Of a DNA stretch of 64,000 nucleotides, positions 23,701-34,526 are shown piece by piece; the stretch's first letter is position 1, and the number at the start of each line of letters is the position of its first letter. The DNA comes from Phoronis australis (Eukaryota; Animalia; Phoronida). A program made the position numbers and the translations under genes. Location: positions 684,433 to 748,432 of the forward strand of contig NMRA01000158.1 in the NCBI GenBank assembly GCA_002633005.1, given 5' to 3'. Under the pieces are notes generated by a model. That model was given only the letters and a program-made list of their open reading frames with translations, was not told where the DNA came from and ran no database searches.

Positions 23701-26700
23701 AGATCAAATGACATATTACATGATCGGGAGGTTAGCAAAGACACAGGGTTCTAAAAGCAGATCCCAGAACCCAATAAGATATCTCATGAAAATGAAAATG
23801 GTATAACACTCACGCGGTGATTCATATCTGTCTGGAAGCTCACGGAGTAGTCTGTCCCTGACCACGTCGGACAATGCACCATAGATAACAACGGGGCGGA
23901 TGAAGTCACCTGAAGCAGAGATGGCCAATATGAACAAAAAAATTGTAAATATACCACTCATTAGCACAACTGCTTATTATACACTGGATAAGTTCTGTCA
24001 GTCAATGTGACTGACAGGACCTAGCTTATAATGAGTCAAGACTCGAATCTACAGGTCTACTGATGGGTTGAACTTTTAACCTGTTTACGACATCCTTATG
24101 ACGGATTCTGAGTTACTTCGGATGAAAAAGAGTGACCTCCACTAATTTTATGCTCAAAAAATGATTTCAATGAAATTGTCAGTCCTATAATTGATCAAGA
24201 GATGGCACTTTCCAATTTCACATTTTACTTAACATTGTGACACCAGGATCTGTTAGCATTGTCAGATGAAATAGAAATGTCAAGTTAACCTTAACCATGT
24301 ATGCATGGATGGGTTGGTAAAACAAAGGTCTGACTAAGCTACGCATAGGTTGTGTATGTACGCTTTGTTTTAACCACAATAATAATGATAAATGAACAGA
24401 TAGGTAATGAAAAATTTGAGGACATGAAAATGTACAATTCCTTATCACAACTTACAGGTTTTTAAGACGACTCGTTCATATGCTGAGAACTTTGTGGCTT
24501 GTTCAGCTGAAAAAAATAAATAAAACGGAGAATTTACACAGAGCTTCATTACGTACAGCAATATTTATCTTACAACACCTTGTGAGAGTGCAAACATCAC
24601 ACAAAATAGTGTTAGAATTGTTAAAAGAAATTAGGGAATTAATTATCACTATTAAATGCTACTAGATAAATACTAAGGAAACAAAGCAGTTATTTTTGAT
24701 AAATATTAACCTTTGCATTCATTAGTATCAGTAGAATACCATGAGGTCAATAAATAACATAGTGTAACCAACACCAAATACCAACTACCAACTCAGAATA
24801 CCCAAACATTAAGCCAACATTGCTACAGACCACCATATAAGACAACATGCAATTAAAACTAAGCCACTTAAACCTCATATAAAACACAAGCTAAAGTTAT
24901 GCGAGACCCTAGAAAAATGTCAAAATTTAACCAACTTCAAAACGTGATATCTAAGAAATAACTGATCAGATTCAAATGAAAAATCCAGATACTATGCTTC
25001 ATGTGTTCTCCAAAACGCTATCACAAATTGTAATCAAAAAGTTCCAGTTTTACACAAGAGCTATCAAAAATAAGACTAAGAGGAGATTTTTATAAATAAC
25101 TAAAAAGTTATTCACAATAAAAACTGTTTGCAGGGCCCTCGCTCAACTGAGGAGAAAAGAATCAGAGTCTTCCACAGGGCTTGGAATGACCAATGACAAA
25201 AAACGCGGAAACTTTTACAGCCCAAATCATGTGCGCTACCCAGCCTTGAAATGGTCGATGTGAACCTTTCCCCGACAAAAATCGGGAGGACTAAAAAAAA
25301 ACGTTACCACCATCACTAGCATGCGTCTGCGTCCTTTTAGCTCGTCCTTCCACTCCCAACCCACACATTTTTGGCTGCAGAGCCGTAGTATTTGTCGCCG
25401 CGGTTTACAATAACACGAGTCGCCATTGAAAATCCCACCACGCTTACCCAGATGCCCGGGCAATGTTGACAATTTACATTCCTCCGTAACATAAAGAGCA
25501 ACTTCCGCTTTTCGAGGTGAACGTCGTCTGCAACGCCGCAGTAAGAAAGGAATTTACTGCGGAAATTTTATATCAAATCCGATTTTTTTATGCGGAAATA
25601 TAATAAAATGCGCGGACAGAACATTTGAAAAAAGCGGAAATCCGCGTTTCTGCGGAAAATTCCAAGCCCTGCTTCCAGATAGTATGTTTTATACACTATT
25701 CTCCAAAGGGACTGCTGGGAATTGGTATTTAAATGTCCCGTTTTTGCACAAGGAGCTACCAAGTATAGGACTTGAAGGATATTCCCCCACCTGAGGGGAA
25801 AGGTGCCTATGCTTTCTGAGGGGGTTATTCAGTGGAGAGGATAATTCCTGCACCGTCACCTACAATTTCACCCTCCAATTACCATCCCACAACGACAATG
25901 TTTCAAGCAGCCAAGACTAACACTTTGTAGAAACGATTCTAAACTTGAGGGTGATTCTCTAATCATTGGAAGGTAATTCTTGGGGCTGATGAGGGTAATT
26001 TTGCATGACTTTTAAACTTTTTTCATTTGGGAATAGGCTGATATTTGCACCCAAAATCAAGGTATTAAAAGCATTTCTGTCATTTCATCTGGAATATTTA
26101 CATCAAAAACAATTTGGTCATTTCATTAATACCATCGTTGGGCAATGAAAGAATCTGTATTGTTGCCTTAATTTTACTACAAAGTCATGGTCACAGAACT
26201 CATTTTATGGCAGATTCATATCACCGTCGTCAAAATTCGATAGGGTATCCACTTTCACAAAGTACATATTTTACTAAAAGCACACACATTGTCAATACGG
26301 TCTCGCATTACCTTATGACAGATTACAATTTATTACGTTACATGCCAGACATTTGCAAAATAATAACTCCCATCATAAAATCTATACTTTTAAAAACATA
26401 TTCAGCAGTTTACTCCAATAACGTTTGGTTAAAGCTACACCTCCAGAGCCTAGAGTAGACAGGGGAGATAACAACAGAGACCAGGTCACCACACACTAGT
26501 TACAGTTCTACTTTGGCCCCGCTGCACCTGCCTCAGGTAATTTTTGATGTCAAAAACACCAACCTTAGAATCAGACCACTTAACCACAATGCAATAGGTC
26601 TAGACCCCTTTCTACCATTAACTATAAGTAAATTTCTAGGCTCATGACAAATTGGTAATCTTAATACGAAAATTGACAAAGTGTCAATTTGCTATTTCTT

Positions 26701-29700
26701 AATACAGAACTCAGCAAATAGGCAGAATTAAGTTATTCTTCTATGCCCCGAAAAGCCATATGGTTGTTCAAGGATATCAAAACATAGGATTTATACACAC
26801 ATTTTATTGACGATTACAACTTCAAAGAAAGATAAGAAAGGATTAATACCCTTCTAAGGAAAGGTGTGTTTGACATCAAAAACAGAGCACTTCAGGCCTT
26901 TAAGTAACATGAAGGTATCATGAATTTGATAGCTTTACTTCAAATATGCCATTTTTGACAACAAAATACGGAAGGAATAGTATAATTTGTACTAAATTAT
27001 GTTAATTCATTCGTGAAACGTAACCAGGGTCTGTGGTTAGTAAACCTGACAGGTATGTATCCACAGATGAGAGCTGGATTACAGAACACCTATGTAGAGA
27101 CAGAGCTAAAGAGACTTCAAGCTAGAATAAGTTGTCATGTAATATACCTTCAAAACCCAGAGCTGTAAAAACAAGTGACCAAGTGCCAGACTATGAACAC
27201 ATGACACACACACCCACACACAGCACAGGCAACTTACATTAAAAAATCATATATCTCAACACTAATTTCTCACGACAGATTCTCTTTAGCAATTTCTTTT
27301 AACTTGGTCATTTTGTATACTTCCACAGAAATATCACACAACAAAATGACAGCACAAATTCATTAACATGCTACAGCAAATGAACTCCTCTGTTCACAGA
27401 ATCTTTCACAAGTAAACAGTTGCCGTAGCGACAACTTACAGAATATTACATCTTCCCAGTGGTCCTTGCCCAGGGATTTGGCACGTCTGTTGTTCTTTCT
27501 CTTGAAGAAGTTGCGACCGAGAGTTGACTTAGACGGCGTCGCATTCTCCTTCTCCTGAGCCGTTTGTTTGGCTGCTGACGCCAATTGTTCAGCTCTGGAA
27601 ATAACAAGACGATACGACAGCAATCAAATAGTTGCTAGGACTCATTTGTTGTTGATGCCCCACCCCATGTCTTGTTGGCGAATTGTGTTGTAAGTAATTC
27701 CAAACTGATTCACTTATTCCAAGGGGAAACTGTCCCAAATTAGTACTTTCTCACGATTGCACAAAATTAGCCCTGGGCAAAACTCCACTTGAACAACAAT
27801 CCACATAAATGTATGAAGGAACACAACATAACAAAGCATCAGCATTTTACCATTGCTAAAAATTGTCAACCAGTACCACATGCCACCTAGTGGCCATCAC
27901 ATGAGAACGATTAGACAGGGTTTACTATGATTAGAAAAGGGTGACTATTTTATCACAAGTTTAAGAACATTGTATTGGCAATCATATGAGAATGATTAAA
28001 CAAGGATGTCAGTGAACATGACAAGTTTAAAAACATTGTATGACCGAAATGTCAAAGTTTCAATTATTAATCCATTTCAGTTTGGGGTTCGCACGTTCGG
28101 ATACAGCAGCACCTCACCTAGTTTTATTGGGTATCACACCGCGTGTTGTGCCTTCGTTATTTCGGCCGATGCTGACCACCTGCCAGGCGCCCACCACACC
28201 CCCACTCAGCGTGTCTTGGACGTGAAACAGGTCTCCCGTGTGAAAACTAAGGTGACCGTTCTCCACTTGCGTGTAGTCAAAATGGGTTCGGATGTGGAAG
28301 GAGTCTCCAGGCTTTCTGGATGCTGTTAATCTCTCAAATTCTGAAGTCAACAGAGAAATGACATAAATCATCTTTTGAATGTACATTAAGTACATAATAA
28401 TCAAACAAACCATATAGTCTAACAGACATCTGCCAAGAACAGTGAGTTGACAACTAATCTCTATGCAGAATGTTTACGACAAAACAATCCTATGATCATT
28501 GGAAGTGTAAATTAAGGGTGAATAAAATACTTAACAGCTTTGAAACGCCTTTCTGTCAAAACTGTTTTCAAGCACATCTTATACTAAAAAAACGAAGCAA
28601 AAATTCGAAACTGACGACAATTACCACATTTTAAAATAATATCACAAACAAAACAATAATGCAAGATGAGGTAATAGCACCGCTTTAGCAATTCTGAGGA
28701 TTGCAATTGCCAAGAACCGACAGCTCTGTGAGGCTCAGCCTGGCGTAGTCCTACCTTCCTTCCTATATTGCACATCCAGGTTGACTTCATCCTCCAGATT
28801 CAACAGTAGCACGACAGCTTCCTCTCTGGTTAGTCCAGCAGTGTCTGTACCATTCACCTGGGTTAGACACATAGAAAGGGTGACAGGCTGACACAAACCC
28901 AAATTTCTGGGTCAATGATGAAGGATCTTGAATGGAAGAGCAGCGAGGTCTACACTACACACTTTAGTCAGGAATGTAAAATAGAATTATAATGTTTGTA
29001 TTGAATGAAAGTAGTGTCTGTTTGTAAGTCATGAAATGAAACAAACATCTGTCTTTAAACAGAAGGGGTGGACAGAAAGACAACCTATCACAGATGTGGC
29101 ACTGGGTGCTGTCCTAAGTTTACCGTCCTTTGCCTCAAAATTGCCATCTGCCACCAGGTGTCACTGAAGCTTCACCAAATGCATTTTCGAATATCAATTA
29201 CACATATTCTGGAATTCATTGTTCACCCGCTAATCTTCCTGCCTATAAGAAGTACATATGGCACCGCACCTCAGTGCTGTTCCCGATCTAGACAAGACAC
29301 GTACCCTGAGCAGTTCATCTCCCACACGAAGACCTTGCAGTTCAGCAGGACTACCTGGCTGCACGGCCGACACAAAGATGCCAACCGTGTTTCCTCCGGA
29401 CAGCCGAATGCCTACACCCCCTTCTTTTCTGAACGTGATGTAGCGAACCTCTCCACTGCGAGTGAGAACAAACATCAAGGAACAGCGGTCTTTATATAAC
29501 TTTACATTTAGTTCTATTTGTTCACATACGTACTCAGCACTGACAAAAATATTTAACAAAAAAAAAACATGCGTGCACAACAATACTATGAATCCTTGTG
29601 AAGTTCACACTGCCATCTGTTGGTCATATACCTAATGATTAAGAGTCTAAAAAGATTCATGTCCCGACTGGGCTCAAACCTGTAACTTTATGTAGTGCAT

Positions 29701-32700
29701 ACACACTCTATCGTCCACTGAGGTATTGGGAACACTGGTTGATAACAGAAATCTTATCGGACTTGGCTGAGCACATCTCACAAAAAAATCTTGAGTGAAC
29801 ATTAATACGCCATTTTTTATATTCATCAGATCAAACAGCATCTGCATGCCATGCAAAAAGTCGAAACTTTGGGCATGCAGGAACAGGAATCTCTCTTGTC
29901 TTGAAGTCATAACGTAACACTATGTGACCAAAGGCATATAAGAGACTAATGCTAGGTAAGAGTGGATATCATAAAACCAGCACATTCATAAACAATAAAA
30001 CTAACTTTATAAAAAATTCAGTGGCGTAAACAGCAAATCTTGAACAGAAGATTTTCAAATTGAATAAAAAGATGAATATAATCATAACACAACAGCCTTT
30101 GCACCATCAAACAAGATGGCCATAGAATGCATTAATTGCATAAATCTATGTCGGGTAAGCAACAACACATGAACACTGTCTTAAATCTAGAGAGACTGAA
30201 GTCAAGCAGGATTGCATGGCCCTTACCAAGGTGGTTTGACACGTTGTTGTGATCTAAGCCATCGCCTTGGAAATAGAAAAGTCAACTCCAGAGTAAGAAA
30301 AAAGGTGAACAAAAGGCGATGTATTAATGTTGCTATCCACCAGCACCACAGCTTCCCTGTTATGGGGAGTTTCAGTCAGTGGGAAAGTGCAACTCCTTGA
30401 GTTAAACACCTCTCAAAATAGGTGGATTAAACTGTAGAGATGCGCAACTCCCCCTGCACTGTGAAAGGCGAACTTCCACTGCAGTATAATCGCTAGATGT
30501 CGCAACATGCAACACACGTATTCAATACAGAGTGCAAATCAATTACGCCATCTGGTGTTGAATATCAAGGGCAAACGGTAACTTCGATGTCACTATCAGA
30601 GGAGTTAGTGGGAAAGGTAAGGGAAGCTGCGCTGGACCGTTGTTTTGTTGATGGAAAAGCAACACTTGTCACTTCTTAAAGCTGCCACAAACCACATACT
30701 GTCAAATAGACAAACTTTGGATTCAAACCACTTACTGATACAAAACTGGTCTTACTCAAATTAAAAGTAATGTCTGGACTGCAAGACACTATTTCGCCTA
30801 TAATGATGCGAAGGATCAAGTTAAAAATTATTACACGTGGTTTCAAGAAATAATCTGCCGACGCTTCCTTCCAAGCCGTGAAATCACTTCTAATCTGATT
30901 AAGAAGCAATTTGATACTTATACTGTAATGGTAAGTAGTCTAAATCAAAAGGTAGTTTTTAACAGAGGAGTTCACAGCTGGTTTACCTTTAACAATATCA
31001 TTATTTACAGTGAGACAGGAGAAGAGTGACTGTAAAACTGGCTGATGATTACCTGTAGTCCATGTGTTTACGGGACATGCCGGTGTCTTGTTGATCCTGT
31101 TTACCATAGTAGTTAACAGGTGGGGACATCTGTTGGCCAGAAGAACCTAAGGATAGAGAAAGTGTTAATTTGTTGAGGGGAATACAGTTTAATAAATGTC
31201 CTTTTACACTGAATATTTTAGGATTGAGGAAAAGGATTATATTTTAATCTTATCACTTAAAGCCGAAACAACGAAAATACACAACTTCAACAGATAACAC
31301 ACACATGAAGTTGAAAGTTAACGAGTAAATGAGATGTATATATGGCGTACACACATCAAGTGTGTAGGGATTCTCACTGCCAAACTCCATCATTATATGT
31401 CTGGATCAATAAAAAGTAATCAAATGCAAGTTTATTATTTTGTTGATACGAGACTTTAATCAGATTACAATCACTAAGGCTATCGTTGCTCCACTTCTGA
31501 TGGAGACCGAGTAAGCTTTGAAGACATCTTGGTCATTTTCCATCTGCAGATCTCACTGAAGTTTTGAGAGAGTATGCAGCTTGAACAGGAAGTGGGACAA
31601 AAATTGCCTCATAGATACCATGACAGATACTTTCTTGCCCAGTGAAAAAATCCTTCACGATTCACCAGGCTCATTGGGTCATCTGCTAACATCGGTTTCT
31701 GTAGCGTGAGCAGATGAGAATCTTCCAAATCCCCCCTGAACAAGATTCTAGTACATCGCAGTATAGGTGGCAGAAATGGTACTCGTTCATACAGTCAAAT
31801 CGGCTAGAGCAACGCAGGTTAAGTGCTTCAGTCAAGAGCTCTACATAACCACAGCAACCAGGGTTTGTACCCAAGGCCAGAGAATGAATCTACAAAGTTT
31901 CAGTTGGGAATCCACTGGACTCACCAATGAGCCCAGTTACATTCAAAATAAAAGTAGGCGACTTGAGGGTAGAGCGGTCAGAACGACCGTGTCTTGTGAC
32001 ACACTTACGCATCGGCTCGGTATTGGGTAGAGGTGGCCGTGGGGGAGCATTGTCGAGTGGTGACCTGGGCTGATCAGCAGACGGTGAATAACCCTTGTCC
32101 AGGTGATCAAATGCCAGTGGTAGTGCAGGTCTGTGGCGAGGTGGAGACGGTGATCGGTTTTTGAGCAGGTTGACGTTATTCTCCTGCTTGTGTAAGACAT
32201 CTGGGGTCCTAGACTTGGTAGGGGTGAACTCTGTAAATATAACAAACATGTCAGGTTTCATTGTTATCAGCTCCAGTCTTATCCATACATGTATTCTGAC
32301 AAGGTGTTGTATCATGTTTGAGAAGTTCTGAGTCATGTTGAAAAGGTCTGAGCCGTATTTAAAACCATGAGCAGAGTTTGTGAAAAACTTGATTTTTTTT
32401 GCTTTTACGATATAAACAATTTAAACAGTATAATTGAAGAACGTTACTTATTTTTATTATCTTGTCGTAAAATCATAGTGGCCTTCCTCCCCAAGTGAAT
32501 ATAAGTTCTTTCCTGCCAAATACAATTCAATGCACAAACTCAGAATACAACTAGATATTTTTAATTTATACCGACGTATGAAAATTTCTACAAGTTCTCC
32601 ATGAGCTAAAATTTCTTTTACACCATTTATGAGTTATCGTGCATGGAAGCTTTATTTTCCTGACTTCCAAGATGAGTATTCACTGACCTATCATTACCCA

Positions 32701-34495
32701 ATGACCGATTTATAAAGACAACACTGATCACTCAACAGCGACTTACCCCCCTCCTTCAGCTGACTCGCCTGACGACTGTGACGACCAACTTTTCCCTGAC
32801 CTTTCACGACCGTCATGTGAAGTTTATCCTTTGCCTTGTCGACTATTTTCTTTGCTTCAGTAAGTGACAGCTGATCTGTTGACGTATTGTTGAGCTGTTA
32901 AAAACAATGTATAATGAGCTAGTGTACAACACAACACACAAATGCTAACAGAATAATACAACACTAAACTCCTGACGAATTTGAGATTGGGTGTAATATG
33001 CCAGCAAATTCTTTTCAATACACATCTCATCATGCTAAGCTAGCTTTCACACAGCTCTTGAAGACCCATGCTGTGCCAATTAGGTCACTTCAAAAATGTA
33101 ATTATGTCACCTCAAACTATTGTAAATAACTTTGAGGCCAATAGTGCAGTACAATCAATCAGTGAATGATACTCGGTCCATAGAACGTCTAGTGTTAAGT
33201 TGGAGATGCAAATACGCCCTATCAAAAACGGTAATAAGTGTAGGATTACAAAACACAACCAAAGATGGCGCTGCAGTGGCTTTAACAGACTTCGCCGTGT
33301 CCTCAAATTTTGAGGTATAAAATGAATTCTAACAGCAAAGGTTGTATATGTCCTACGGTAAACTGTACAACTCATACTTAAAAGGAGGTTTAATATAAGC
33401 AGTAACATATGCATTCTACGGAGGTATATCGGTGCATGTAGTTACATCATTTCATGAATAAGCCGGGCTCCCCAATTTCTCAGACCACCGCATGTAAAAG
33501 AAATGGCACATGCAATGTATTACTGGCTGATTGGTACAAACCTTCACTATTGAATCCCCCTCCTTTAACCCACCGTCTTGAGCAGCCAAGCTGTTGCCAA
33601 TTATTTCTTTGATGTAAAGTTTATAACCCAACACAATACCAAATTCTGAAAAGAAAACATTGAAATTTCTTAATATGAATGAGCAACTTTAAAAAAAAAC
33701 TCGTTTTGTTTCACCACAAACACATACGTTCACGCAAAACAGTCTTTATGGCAAAAACACCTTGCAACATAATATAACAGCAGGAGTAACACCATATGCA
33801 ATCAATAAAGTGTACATTCAACTTGCCAAAACCACAAGACATAATTAGCAACAGGAATCATGGTTAATGCAAGAAGCAATGAAGCATACCATCTTTTTTA
33901 CTTTTCTTGGTCAACGTCACTTTGGTTGGGTTGGGGTCTGGCTCACTTCCTGCGGGAACGATGATTTTTCGGCGAATAACCTAAACAAACACGAGAACAG
34001 AGTGTAGATAGAATTTCGCAGGTGACCCATGACCTCACGACTTACAACCCATCGTCTAATGTCGAAAAGCAGTAACAGCCGTGGGTATCTATAGCCACTT
34101 CCCAGAACACAACACCCTCTATTGTTCTGCTGTATCAACCCCCCCCCACAGTGGTGTGCGTCTGCACGGCACTTGCTCAGAAGTTGATCACAGCCCCTGT
34201 CCTAACCACTAGTTTACCTTTAGCTGGCCATTTTTAATTCAAATGCCAATTAACTGTTATTTATTAATGCATAGTGAGGTGCAATGCAGACATGAAAAAA
34301 TTGAAAAGTCGAGTGAGAAGCAATCAATAACTCTTTACTCGTCTGACTTGGTTCAAAAGTGTGTTAGCAACATTACCCTTAGAAAACTAGGTCAACCATA
34401 CAATGCATTTTTCTGTCTCAGAGAAAGAGGAGAGTTGAATTCAGGATACAATGATTAGGTGCATTAACACTGATATACATACATACATACATACA

Positions 34496-34526
<31 letters not shown>

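Noticed and set aside
31665-31735. Possible extra ZO-1 exon
   Set aside because: Stop codon in the phase required by flanking exons.
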